A stretch of 43,908 nt of DNA from Bdellovibrionales bacterium (GCA_050246815.1 JBFWVI010000013.1:19545-63452); one strand, 5' to 3'. Positions 25,950 through 35,507 are shown, numbered from the stretch's first letter. Translations and numbers: made by a program. Notes: a model not told the origin generated them from the letters alone.

Positions 25950-25965
25950 AGCAAGCGGGGTGCCG
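25950..25965 (-). promoter_or_regulatory. sigma54 (-24/-12) promoter
   Basis: Minus strand CGGCACCCCGCTTGCT (GG-N10-GC, near consensus), about 48 nt upstream of ATG 25901. Confidence 0.7.
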
Positions 25966-26105
25966 TTGAAAATCGAGGGGATCGTCCTGTCATTTCAGGT
26001 GGTTACGGCTGGTTTGGCCGGCTTAAAATGGCATTTTTATAGGCGAAGGACGTTTTTGGGCACTTTTTTGTTGCCTGTCCATGGCCCCCGGGTAACCCTT
26101 CTGCC

Positions 26106-26897
26106 ATGAAATCACTGATCTTTTTGCGTAGTCTAGGGCTGACCATTTGGTTTTTTTTCCATACTTTAATTTGCGCTATCACATTGGTGGTGGGGGCTCA
26201 GTTTTTGCCTTCGCCTTGGTTTCCGGATTTGGTGATTGGCACGCTCTGGGCGCGACCCGTTCTTTGGCTGGGTAAGATCTCGGTTGAAGTAAGGGGGGCA
26301 GAGTATTGGCCTGCGGGTGAAGGGTGTCTGGTTTTATTCAATCACACCAGTTGGGTTGATATCATCGTCATGGCGGCTTGTCTGCCAAGGATCCCGCGTT
26401 TTGGCGCTAAGATCGAGTTGTTTCGTATTCCATTTTTTGGTCGTGCAATGCGTAAGGCAGGGATGCTTCCAATTGAGCGAAATAGCCGTACCAAGGTTTT
26501 GCAAGTCTATAAAGCGGCAGAGGATCGAGCCGCCAAGGGCGAGTGTTTCGCTCTTTCGCCTGAAGGAACGCGCCAGGCAGATTTGATTTTAGGGCGTTTC
26601 AAGCAGGGGCCATTTTTGTTTGCTGTTGGCGCGCAGACGCAAATTGTGCCACTTGTGATTGCCGGCGCTCGGGAAGTCATGCCCCGCTCCAGTTGGCTGC
26701 TTTGTTCTTCAGCTTGGCAAAACAAAGTGATTACCCAGATCTTACCACCGATTTCTTGTCGGGGTTTGAATGATGGGGACTTGGCCGCGATACAGGCCCG
26801 TGTGCGTGCTGAGATGGAACCTGCATATGCCCGTTTAAATCATGAGTTGGGATTGGAAGATCGCTCGCCCGTGCGCGCGACCTTAAGTCCGGTTTGA
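26106..26897 (+). CDS. plsC: 1-acyl-sn-glycerol-3-phosphate acyltransferase
   Basis: NHTSWVD, AKIELFRIPFFG, PIER, PEGTR, FKQG. Confidence 0.88.
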   Translation: MKSLIFLRSLGLTIWFFFHTLICAITLVVGAQFLPSPWFPDLVIGTLWARPVLWLGKISVEVRGAEYWPAGEGCLVLFNHTSWVDIIVMAACLPRIPRFGAKIELFRIPFFGRAMRKAGMLPIERNSRTKVLQVYKAAEDRAAKGECFALSPEGTRQADLILGRFKQGPFLFAVGAQTQIVPLVIAGAREVMPRSSWLLCSSAWQNKVITQILPPISCRGLNDGDLAAIQARVRAEMEPAYARLNHELGLEDRSPVRATLSPV

Positions 26898-26899
26898 TT

Positions 26900-28012
26900 C
26901 TAAGCCGAGGGTTTTTCGCCGACGATGCATTTGGCCAACAAACCCAGTTCTTGGTGAACCACCTCAAATCCCGCCTTCGCGAATAGCTCATCTAGTGGCG
27001 TTTTGACGTAATTTTTGTAGAAGGGTTCGTGGAAGTCTTGGGGAAAACGTTCAAGGCCCCAATTCAACTCAGGCTTGTCATCCCATTGCAGGGAATCCAC
27101 AACCACAAATTGTCCGCCTGGTTTTAAAACGCGAAACGCTTCTTTGAGCACCATCTCGCGTGTTTGGCGTGGCAATTCGTGAAACATAAAAACTGAAAAG
27201 CCACCATTGAAAGTCTCATCTTTGAAATTGAGGCTGGCGCCATCTCCTTGAACGAAGTCCACGTTGCGGTGTTGGCTTAAAGTTTTACGCGCATGTTGCA
27301 GATAATCCGCGCTCAGATCGACGGCAGTCAGTCGCATATTGGGCAGCGAGGCTGCCACTTGCAGGGTGGCGCCGCCACTGCCGGCGCCAAGTTCAATCAA
27401 GCGAGGAATTTGCTGCTCATTTTGGGTGGAAGTCATTTCGCGATAGCGCGCCACCAAAGGAACCAAGGCCAGTCGGCGCATGGCGCCGGCGGCGCCTTTA
27501 AATAAAATTTCAACTTGATGCTCGTAGCGCGCGGCTGAAGAAGCGCTTAAGTAACCATCACTTTGAAAGTGAAAGTTACGCCGATAATAATCGGGAAGGC
27601 TGGCCAACTCGTCACTTTTGACGTTCTCAAGATCATCGTGCTGGTTGTTGCGCATGCGCCAAGCCACTCGTACACTGTCGCCCAAAACACCGACTAAAGA
27701 GAGCAAGTGGCGTCCCACGGGCTCTGGTTTTAGCAAAGAAAGCGGAAAGAGGCCTTGCGAAGCGCGGGCGGCGTCTTTTTCGATTAGCTCACGGCCGGCT
27801 TTGACAACAGCTTCTGTAAAGTCCGCTGGCGGGAAAAAGTCCTGGCTCCATCGCCCAGTCACGGTGCGGTTTAAAATCTGCAAGGGCCAGCTTTCCAGCA
27901 GATAAAGTGTTGAGCGGGCCAACCCAAAGTCCCTTAGCAGCCGCTTTGATCCCGGAATGTGGCTCCACCAGGGAGCATTGTCGTATGAAATCTTATCGTC
28001 CATATGACTCAT
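26900..28012 (-). CDS. Class I SAM-dependent methyltransferase
   Basis: PDYYRRNFHFQSDGYLS, ELGAGSG, AVDLS, QGDG, FMFHELP, RVLKPGG. ATGA overlap with the upstream stop. Confidence 0.9.
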   Translation of the reverse strand: MSHMDDKISYDNAPWWSHIPGSKRLLRDFGLARSTLYLLESWPLQILNRTVTGRWSQDFFPPADFTEAVVKAGRELIEKDAARASQGLFPLSLLKPEPVGRHLLSLVGVLGDSVRVAWRMRNNQHDDLENVKSDELASLPDYYRRNFHFQSDGYLSASSAARYEHQVEILFKGAAGAMRRLALVPLVARYREMTSTQNEQQIPRLIELGAGSGGATLQVAASLPNMRLTAVDLSADYLQHARKTLSQHRNVDFVQGDGASLNFKDETFNGGFSVFMFHELPRQTREMVLKEAFRVLKPGGQFVVVDSLQWDDKPELNWGLERFPQDFHEPFYKNYVKTPLDELFAKAGFEVVHQELGLLAKCIVGEKPSA

Positions 28013-28395
28013 TCATTTTTACCTTTTAGTTTTTCGGTTGCTGCACTCACGCCCTTTTCAAGGTCCGCCACAGCGGCTTTGACACGTGCCCAATACTCTT
28101 TGGCTTTGATTTTGGTTTCGGCGGTTTCATCGGCTAGGTCTTTTTTGAGTTTGTCGCGGCTACTTTTAAGGTCTTGCAGAGTTGAATCCCATTCTTTTTG
28201 GGTTTTCCCGCTTAGCTTTTTAGTTTTGACTTCCAGTTCGCCAATGCGGGTTTCAAGACTGTCTAAAGTTTGGTTTAGATCTTGGCGCATTTTTTGTGTG
28301 GTGCTAGGTGCAGGTTCACCCTCGGCCCAGATGTAAGTGCTTAAAAGTGCGGTGAAGGCGATTGAAATGAGTCGCATGGATGATAAGTGTTTCAT
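28009..28395 (-). CDS. Small exported helical (apolipoprotein/coiled-coil-like) protein
   Basis: GAAGGGA RBS before ATG 28395, signal peptide, amphipathic charged helices. Confidence 0.72.
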   Translation of the reverse strand: MKHLSSMRLISIAFTALLSTYIWAEGEPAPSTTQKMRQDLNQTLDSLETRIGELEVKTKKLSGKTQKEWDSTLQDLKSSRDKLKKDLADETAETKIKAKEYWARVKAAVADLEKGVSAATEKLKGKNE

Positions 28396-28498
28396 AAGTG
28401 TCCCTTCAAACAAGTTGAAGAAGAACTGTAACAAAAACAGTTTTGAACTTCATTAAGATGGCGAATTTAGCCTGGCTTCGGCGCAAGGCGACGAAAGG

Positions 28499-28825
28499 TT
28501 ATTTTTTACCGCAACCTTTGTCGTTGCCGCAGGCGGGGCTGCAGCAGGCCAAGTGGATCAGTTGGCCGTCGTTATAAGGGGCACGGTGTAAAATCGCGCG
28601 AAGTGAGTCGAGTTCGTTGATCAAAACCGCTTCTTTCGCTGGAACAGCAATCGAAAGGTTCAGGTCCGGATAAATAACATTGAAGGCGTCCACGACCTCA
28701 TTTGCAGAAGTTTCTTGCAGCGCGGCGGTGTGGCTTCTGGAGTCCAGTGTGGCTTGGGCGGTGTCGGCGAAAACAGCCCAAAAAACGAAGATTGAGCTCA
28801 GGATGGACAGGCTGATTTTGTGCAT
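28499..28825 (-). CDS. Small secreted protein with Cys-rich C-terminal tail
   Basis: Signal peptide ...TAQA. Ends HLACCSPACGNDKGCGKK. GGGG RBS. Confidence 0.7.
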   Translation of the reverse strand: MHKISLSILSSIFVFWAVFADTAQATLDSRSHTAALQETSANEVVDAFNVIYPDLNLSIAVPAKEAVLINELDSLRAILHRAPYNDGQLIHLACCSPACGNDKGCGKK

Positions 28826-28870
28826 TTTGACCCCACTTTGCAGGCTTTTAAGCCCTACGTGGCTTTAGTA

Positions 28871-28887
28871 CGCAAAGTTTAGGCCAG
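28871..28887 (-). promoter_or_regulatory. sigma54 (-24/-12) promoter
   Basis: Minus strand CTGGCCTAAACTTTGCG (GG-N10-GC), 45 nt upstream of ATG 28825. Confidence 0.55.
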
Positions 28888-28979
28888 TGTATGGGAGTAT
28901 CCGATGTTCGCCAAATCAAAAATACGTCCTGAAGAACCAAATTGGAAGGATACATTGGGGTCAAAGTGCACCCCACTTG

Positions 28980-29621
28980 TTAACTTTGCAAAAGCCCCGG
29001 TAAGGCCTCTTTGACCCCATCAATCATGAACTGCACGGCGATAGCCGCAAGGATCAAACCCATTAGGCGTGAAAAGACGTTCATGCCGATTTGGCCCATG
29101 ATTTTAACCAGCCGGCCGGCCTCCCGCAGGACCAAAAATGAGGCGATCGCGGTCAGCGCTAGGCTGGCGTAAAGGGCAAAGTGCTCAGGTACGGTCTTGG
29201 CCTTGTCCACTAGGATGAAAATAGTGACGATGGCGCCAGGCCCTGAAAGCAAAGGGATCGCAAGTGGGAAAACCGCGATGTCATCTTTCACTACGCCTTC
29301 TTCGGCCTCTTCCAGGGTTCCTTTGGCCCGACTTTGTCGAGCATTGAGCATGTCCATGGCGATTAAAAACAGCAGCGCGCCACCCGCAATTTTGACGGCG
29401 GGCAAAGTGATGCCGAAGAAGCGGAACATGAACCCACCAACCGCCGCACAAACCACCAGCACGCCAAAGCTGACCCAAGCCGCACGCCGGGCCATTGACA
29501 CTCGTTTGGCCTGTGAATCGTCGGCCGACATTGCGATAAAAGCAGGCACTGCCCCTAAGGGATTCACAATCGTAAAGATGGCCGAGAAGCTAATAATGAA
29601 GAATGAATAAAAACTATGCAC
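28980..29621 (-). CDS. marC: MarC-family integral membrane protein
   Basis: IVNPLGAVPAF, FFGITLPAVKIAGG, AVFPLAIPLLSGPGAI, RLMGLILAAIAVQF. Start uncertain (GTG 29621 chosen). Confidence 0.9.
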   Translation of the reverse strand: MHSFYSFFIISFSAIFTIVNPLGAVPAFIAMSADDSQAKRVSMARRAAWVSFGVLVVCAAVGGFMFRFFGITLPAVKIAGGALLFLIAMDMLNARQSRAKGTLEEAEEGVVKDDIAVFPLAIPLLSGPGAIVTIFILVDKAKTVPEHFALYASLALTAIASFLVLREAGRLVKIMGQIGMNVFSRLMGLILAAIAVQFMIDGVKEALPGLLQS

Positions 29622-29761
29622 ATCGTGGGTATAACGCGATTCTTGAAAGTATTCACTAACGAAATCGGCGCCACTTTGGCACTGACAAAAATCTAAAATT
29701 GTTGCTTCGGTCTTGAACACTGCTTATCTTGAGCGGGTCAATATATTGAAAGGAAATTGAT

Positions 29762-30250
29762 ATGAAGATCGCCAAAGACACTGTTGTGACCATGAGCTAC
29801 CTGCTAAAAAATGGCAAGGGCGAAGAGCTTGACCGCTCTGAACCAGGTGAGCCCTTAGTTTATTTGCACGGTGGCGGACAAATCGTTCCGGGACTTGAGA
29901 AACAGCTGGAAGGTTTGTCTCAAGGCGACAAGCGAGATCAGCTTGTGGTTGTGGCAGGGGAGGCCTACGGTGAAATGCGTCCGGATCTTCAGATCAGTGT
30001 GGATCGCGCGCAGTTTCCAGAAGATGCCGAGCTTGAACCGGGTATGCGTTTTTGGGCGCACACCCCCGAAGGTCAGCGTCATCCCTTCACCGTGGTTGCG
30101 GTTAAGGGGGACAGTGTTGAGATCGATGGCAACCATCCTTTGGCAGGGGAAACCCTGCACTTCAATGTGAGCATTGAGGGGGTCCGTGCCGCCACCAAAG
30201 AAGAGTTAGAACATGGCCACGCCCACGGTCCTGGAGGCCATCACCACTAA
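29762..30250 (+). CDS. slyD: FKBP-type peptidyl-prolyl isomerase with His-rich tail
   Basis: YLHGGGQIVPGLE, EAYG, IDGNHPLAGETLHF, RAATKEELEHGHAHG. Confidence 0.95.
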   Translation: MKIAKDTVVTMSYLLKNGKGEELDRSEPGEPLVYLHGGGQIVPGLEKQLEGLSQGDKRDQLVVVAGEAYGEMRPDLQISVDRAQFPEDAELEPGMRFWAHTPEGQRHPFTVVAVKGDSVEIDGNHPLAGETLHFNVSIEGVRAATKEELEHGHAHGPGGHHH

Positions 30251-31314
30251 TGGCTTGGTTTTCTGATAAGCTCGTCGACAAGTTAGGACTCTCGCCGGGT
30301 ACGTTGATCTACACGGGTGATCGTCCGAGTGGCGCCCCCCGCGTGACGTTGGTTCAATACGATAGCGAGACTTGCGACGTGAAAACGGCGGAAACCTGGG
30401 AGCCTTTGCTGGCGCAAGTTAAACCGGGTCTTAAGCGTTGGGTGCATGTTGAGGGACTGCATGACGTGCGTTTGATCGAAAGTATCGGTCGCTATTTCAA
30501 TATCCACCAAATGAGTCTGGAAGACTTGGTGAACTTGCACCATCGTCCCAAGATGAGTGATTTTGAATCTTATATTCATTTTGTGGTGAAAATAGTCAGC
30601 CCCAATCACAAGAAAGGCACCCTGGATTACGAACATGGCAGCGTGATTTTGGGTAAGGATTTTGTGTTTTCCTCAAGCGAAAGACGCAACGATTTTTTAC
30701 GTCCGATCTTGGATCGTTTCACCAACCCCAAAGGGCGTTTGCGGACGTTTGGTGTGGATTATTTGGCGTTTGCACTTTTGGATCTGGTGATTGATCACTT
30801 TTATTTGGCCTTAAGTCGTTTAGAAGAAGCGGTCGATCAGATGGAAACGCAAATTCTTCATCGGCCTTCTGATATTTTGCTGGGTCGGCTTTATGAGGTG
30901 AAACGTGAAACCGCTTTGGTCCGTAAAATGGGTATTCCGATACGCGATTTTATCAAAAGCCTTTTGAAGAACACCAGTCCTCTGGTTGGCGAACAGTACG
31001 AGATTTATTACCGTGATTTGGAAGATCATGCCATCCAGATCGTTGATACTTGCGACAACCTAAAAGAGACTTTGCGCAACTTGCTTGATGTTTCGGACAG
31101 CTACTCGTCGCACAGTATGAACGTGATGTTCAAATTTTTTACGGTGGTGTCGGCGGTGTTTTTGCCCCTGAATTTTTTGGCCAGTGTTTACGGCATGAAC
31201 TTTGCTGAAATGCCGGGGCTTCATAACCCGTCCGGTTTTTACACCATGACGGGCACAATGTTGATGATTGGGCTGTGTGTGGCCCTTTTCTTCCGCTTTA
31301 AGCGCTGGTGGTAG
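30250..31314 (+). CDS. corA: Magnesium/cobalt transporter CorA
   Basis: GLSPGTLIYTG, LED...HRPK, YYRDLEDH, FLPLNFLASVYGMNF..MP. 1-nt overlap with slyD. Confidence 0.95.
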   Translation: MAWFSDKLVDKLGLSPGTLIYTGDRPSGAPRVTLVQYDSETCDVKTAETWEPLLAQVKPGLKRWVHVEGLHDVRLIESIGRYFNIHQMSLEDLVNLHHRPKMSDFESYIHFVVKIVSPNHKKGTLDYEHGSVILGKDFVFSSSERRNDFLRPILDRFTNPKGRLRTFGVDYLAFALLDLVIDHFYLALSRLEEAVDQMETQILHRPSDILLGRLYEVKRETALVRKMGIPIRDFIKSLLKNTSPLVGEQYEIYYRDLEDHAIQIVDTCDNLKETLRNLLDVSDSYSSHSMNVMFKFFTVVSAVFLPLNFLASVYGMNFAEMPGLHNPSGFYTMTGTMLMIGLCVALFFRFKRWW

Positions 31315-31320
31315 CGGCCG

Positions 31321-32052
31321 TTATTTCGCGGCGATCTGTTGCTCTAGCTGTTTGTACTCGTCTTCCATAAACATCGATGCGCTCGAAGAGGATTTACGCG
31401 TGTCTTTGATCAGCTTCAAGGCTTCAGGACGACGATTGTTGTGAACCAGCATTTTCACGTAGTTTTGTACCACGGTAATTTGCAAGGTTTCGGGTTTGGC
31501 TTTTATAATACTGTCAAAGTAGGTGATGGACTCTTCAACTTTGCCCGCATCGCCCAAAACTTTAGCGTATTGATAAGCTGCCTCAAGGTCGGTCCCATTC
31601 TGCTTGAAGTACTGAGTCAAACTTTGCAAGGCTGCGGTTTTGTTGCCGCGACGAACCTGATATTTTCCAAGTTCGGCAAAGAAGTCGTTTTGACCACGGT
31701 TTGCCAAAGTGGCATAAGCGGTTTCAACACAGTCATGTTTTAGGCGCTCGGCACAAATCTGCGCGATACGGATTAAGTTTTCATTGGAAGCCATGCCACC
31801 ATACTGTTTGATTTTAAGTGGAATGATCTCAAGCGCAAACTTATCCCATGAAGCAGTTTGCAGAAAACCCAAAACCAGAGCGATTGCTGTGAAGAAAGCC
31901 ACTTTGACAAAGCGTTTTTCTAAGTGACGGTCCATTTTTTTATCGTGATTGTTGCCAACAAAACCGCATGCCACGCAGACGATCGGATTTTGACCAACAC
32001 GATTTTCAGGGATCTGGGTCTGACAACGGGGACAAGCGCCAAACTGTAACAT
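31321..32052 (-). CDS. Zinc-ribbon, single-TM, TPR protein
   Basis: CPRC...CVACG N-terminus, one TM helix, then TPR-like helices. Confidence 0.8.
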   Translation of the reverse strand: MLQFGACPRCQTQIPENRVGQNPIVCVACGFVGNNHDKKMDRHLEKRFVKVAFFTAIALVLGFLQTASWDKFALEIIPLKIKQYGGMASNENLIRIAQICAERLKHDCVETAYATLANRGQNDFFAELGKYQVRRGNKTAALQSLTQYFKQNGTDLEAAYQYAKVLGDAGKVEESITYFDSIIKAKPETLQITVVQNYVKMLVHNNRRPEALKLIKDTRKSSSSASMFMEDEYKQLEQQIAAK

Positions 32053-32242
32053 GTTTCACCTCACCGGCTTTAAGCATCAGCAACCGCCGGACCAGGGTAT
32101 CTGGACGTTTAAATGGGGTCTAAGGGCAAAGTGCCTTGAAAAAAAGCCAGGCCTTGGCCGGTTTTGGGCGCACAATGGGCGGCGCGGCTTAACGATTTTT
32201 AAGGACTTCTTTTTGGCGCAAATCGTGTAGGCTTTTAAATTC

Positions 32243-33811
32243 ATGTCAGAACTCCTCAAAGCTTTGCAGAAGAACTTCGCGCTATCCGAGTTTCGCACCG
32301 GACAGCAAGAGATCATCAATTCCGTCTTGAATAAAAAGGACGTTTTGGCCGTTTTGCCCACCGGGGGAGGCAAATCACTTTGTTATCAATTGCCGGCCGT
32401 GCAAACTGAGCGATTGGTTGTGGTTATCTCGCCATTGATCGCATTGATGAAAGATCAGGTGATGTCTTTAAGGCGTTTGGGGCTTCGTGCGGGATGCCTG
32501 CATTCGGGGCAACCCGATCACGAAAAGCTTGAGATATTTCGCGAAATTCAAAAAGGTGGGGCTTATGTGCTTTATCTATCGCCCGAGCGCGCGCACAAGC
32601 CTGGTTTTAAAACTTGGATTCAAAATCGACCGGTCACTTTATTTGCGATTGATGAGGCTCATTGTGTTTCGCAGTGGGGCCATGATTTTCGGGAGGAGTA
32701 CACTCAGCTTCATGAACTTAAAAAACTTAGGCCTGATGTACCCATGTTGGCATTGACCGCATCGGCCACACCTTTGGTTTTAGACGATATTGCGCGTAAT
32801 CTGGCCCTAAAAAACCCTGAACGTCGGGTGCACGGCTTTTACCGTTCGAATCTTTATTATCAGGTGGAAGTCTGTTTAGATGAAGACGATAAACTGACCT
32901 ATGTGTTGGAGTCTTTAAAGGTCACCCCGAAAGGTCGAATTTTGATTTATTGCGGAACTCGAAAACAAGCTGAGTATCTGGGTGATTTACTGGGGCGCTA
33001 TTATGCGGGAGTGGCGTTTTATCATGCGGGGATGGCACCGGAAGATCGCACACGCATTCAGCAGCAGTATGCAGAAGGGAAGTTGCGCATATTGGCGGCC
33101 ACCAATGCGTTTGGCATGGGCATCGATCAGCCAGACGTGCGATTGGTGGTGCATTACCAGCTGCCAGCCAATATCGACTCTCTCTATCAAGAGATGGGTC
33201 GAGCGGGGCGTGATGGTCACCCGTCGACCTGTCTTTTGCTCTATTCGAAGGCCGATAAGGGATTACAAAACTTTTTTATCATCAATTCAAAGGCGCCCCA
33301 GCCCATCAAAGACACTCGCTGGCGAAATTTGGAAGCTTTGGTCAGCTATGCGGAAGGTGGCGAGTGCAGACATGCCGAGATTTTGGCCTATTACAAAGAT
33401 GCGCAACGCTTAAAGGTTTGCGGTCATTGTGACACTTGCGACCCAAGTTCAAATCGTCGCGTGCCTCAACCCATCAAAGAAGTGGTTCCATCGAATCGCG
33501 AAGAATCATTTTTTAAACGTGCCGGAAAAAGCAGAAAAACGCGCAAAGCATCTGCCAAAGCGGCTTCCACCAATGTTATTTTGGACGACGCTCAGATTGT
33601 GCGCTTTCAGCTGCTTAAAGCGTGGCGCTTGCAAAAAGCCAATGAGCTCGACCTGCCTGCCTTTGTTATTTTTAGTGATAAGACGCTCAGAGATCTCGCG
33701 ATTAAAAATCCAAGCAATCTTGAGCAGCTAAAAAATGTTTATGGCTTGGGCGAAACGAAAGTCGAGCGTTTTGGTTGGGACATTCTTGCTGAGCTTGGCG
33801 TGGGGCGCTAA
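32243..33811 (+). CDS. recQ: RecQ-family ATP-dependent DNA helicase with HRDC domain
   Basis: PTGGGKSLCYQLP, DEAHCVSQWGHDFR, LTASAT, ATNAFGMGID, QEMGRAGRDG, Zn-binding CR...CGHCDTC, HRDC (LPAFVIFSDKTL). Confidence 0.93.
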   Translation: MSELLKALQKNFALSEFRTGQQEIINSVLNKKDVLAVLPTGGGKSLCYQLPAVQTERLVVVISPLIALMKDQVMSLRRLGLRAGCLHSGQPDHEKLEIFREIQKGGAYVLYLSPERAHKPGFKTWIQNRPVTLFAIDEAHCVSQWGHDFREEYTQLHELKKLRPDVPMLALTASATPLVLDDIARNLALKNPERRVHGFYRSNLYYQVEVCLDEDDKLTYVLESLKVTPKGRILIYCGTRKQAEYLGDLLGRYYAGVAFYHAGMAPEDRTRIQQQYAEGKLRILAATNAFGMGIDQPDVRLVVHYQLPANIDSLYQEMGRAGRDGHPSTCLLLYSKADKGLQNFFIINSKAPQPIKDTRWRNLEALVSYAEGGECRHAEILAYYKDAQRLKVCGHCDTCDPSSNRRVPQPIKEVVPSNREESFFKRAGKSRKTRKASAKAASTNVILDDAQIVRFQLLKAWRLQKANELDLPAFVIFSDKTLRDLAIKNPSNLEQLKNVYGLGETKVERFGWDILAELGVGR

Positions 33812-33871
33812 GCGGCACCACCTGGTAAAATTCACCTCAAAAGTACGTCCAAATTCAATTAAATCTAGGCT

Positions 33872-33888
33872 CAGGCCTTGCATTTGCC
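33872..33888 (+). promoter_or_regulatory. Possible sigma54 promoter
   Basis: CAGGCCTTGCATTTGCC (GG-N10-GC), 35 nt before ATG 33924. Confidence 0.35.
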
Positions 33889-33923
33889 ATTTGGATCTTA
33901 GAATTAATCGTGAGGAGCTTCAA

Positions 33924-34646
33924 ATGAACTTTCGATATTTGACTTCGGCTTTATTGGCAATGACCTTGATCACAGCCCCCTTTTCTTCTGCCCAGTCACA
34001 GACGGAGCTAGAGAAGCAATCCCCTAAAGACAATTTAATTGAGCATTATCTTTATTTAAAGGCCGAGGGAATGTTGGCCAAAGAGCAAGTCAAAAATGCT
34101 CAAAACTTCGTTAATGAATTGATGGACAAGGGGGGGCGTCCTGAGTCCACCACAGTTGAGCGACAGGCACTGCGTGTTCAGTTGGAAGATGCGCAAAAGC
34201 AGTTTTCGTACTTAAGAAATGAGCTTCGTCGCGCCATCATTTCTCAGGATGGTTCGATTATCATCATCATCGGTTCGGTGGCGGTGGGGACTTCGGCTCT
34301 TGTGGGGCGTACAGGGCTTGAATTGGCAGAAAAAATGAGTAGCGCGGCAGACAAAATGATTCCGGATCAAGCCGAACCGAAAGAGTTTTTTTTGAAGCGT
34401 TGGGCAAAAGTTCTGCTGAGTCCTTTGAACTGGGTTTTCAAAAAAGGCACTAGGATTCTTGATGCTACAGGTAAAGTGGTGGGCCGTATGGGTGTGGGCG
34501 GGTTTGTTGCGATTGACGCAACGGCCGTGCTAATTTTTATGATGAATTATGAAGATGTCACAAAATACTCCGTTTTGGTTGAGCAAAGCTTGAACGAAAT
34601 TGAGTCTTTGATGGCAAAAATCGACGTTTTGGACGCAGCGAAGTAA
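33924..34646 (+). CDS. Exported helical hypothetical protein with two internal hydrophobic segments
   Basis: GAGGAG RBS before ATG 33924 (start revised), signal peptide, IIIIIGSVAVGTSALVG and VGGFVAIDATAVLIFMM. Confidence 0.78.
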   Translation: MNFRYLTSALLAMTLITAPFSSAQSQTELEKQSPKDNLIEHYLYLKAEGMLAKEQVKNAQNFVNELMDKGGRPESTTVERQALRVQLEDAQKQFSYLRNELRRAIISQDGSIIIIIGSVAVGTSALVGRTGLELAEKMSSAADKMIPDQAEPKEFFLKRWAKVLLSPLNWVFKKGTRILDATGKVVGRMGVGGFVAIDATAVLIFMMNYEDVTKYSVLVEQSLNEIESLMAKIDVLDAAK

Positions 34647-34654
34647 GGAAAAAT

Positions 34655-35458
34655 GTGGCGCAAAATTTTGGTCGCCGTATTTTGAGTTTATGCCTGGGTC
34701 TGTCGATTTATGTGACAGGCTTTTCGTTTTCGAACGTCGCACAGGCGGGGCCCTCTGTTTTTCAGTTGCATCAGATGCGTTTGCGGGAGATTCAACTGCA
34801 AAGACTGCGCTCTGAGCCTGCGTACACACAAACTAAACTATTGTGCCAGAATGCAGGTCTTGAGTACGCCAAGTTAGTTAGTTATTCAGCCTGGGAAGTT
34901 TTTCGTGCTTTTGGCATCTTTGATGCTCGAGCTCTGATTCGAATGATCGACAATCGTGGTATAGCCCCTGAAGTTGTGGCTCTGATGGAAAGTGAAGCTT
35001 TTCAACAGGCTCTGCTCGATTGTGGCAGGGTGGAATCAACAGTGAACAAGATGTATGTGGCTGACGTGGCTGGTAAAGCGATTGGAATACCGATGGCGCT
35101 GATGATGATGCGTTATGGTTACCCCTTGATGTTTCGTTGGTTGGGGCGGCGCAGCCCTCGGGTGCAGGATGCGACGTTGATTTTAGGCACAGCCTATCTG
35201 GCGCACCAGGTTTTGGTCTTGGTGGAAACATGGGCCGAGCGTCAAGAAAAGAGAAAAGAGGTTCATGATCTTATCGAGGTCAAATCTCAGGAGTTGCGGG
35301 ACCTGGTTGGCAGCTCAAGCCAGGTTTTAAATGAGAATATCCGTCGAGAAATCCAAATTCTTGAAAGTCGGCTTCAAAATTCAAATCTAAATGAGCCTGA
35401 ACGTATGGTGATTCGTTCAAGGATTGAAAATTTGGAAGGCGTTTTAAAGCTGAACTGA
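34655..35458 (+). CDS. Exported helical hypothetical protein with internal hydrophobic hairpin
   Basis: AAGGA RBS, GTG start 8 nt after the previous stop, signal ...VAQA, C-terminal coiled coil. Confidence 0.75.
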   Translation: MAQNFGRRILSLCLGLSIYVTGFSFSNVAQAGPSVFQLHQMRLREIQLQRLRSEPAYTQTKLLCQNAGLEYAKLVSYSAWEVFRAFGIFDARALIRMIDNRGIAPEVVALMESEAFQQALLDCGRVESTVNKMYVADVAGKAIGIPMALMMMRYGYPLMFRWLGRRSPRVQDATLILGTAYLAHQVLVLVETWAERQEKRKEVHDLIEVKSQELRDLVGSSSQVLNENIRREIQILESRLQNSNLNEPERMVIRSRIENLEGVLKLN

Positions 35459-35507
35459 TCGCACTCTTTGACTGCAACATAAAATTTATCGATGATGGGT
35501 TTTAGGG

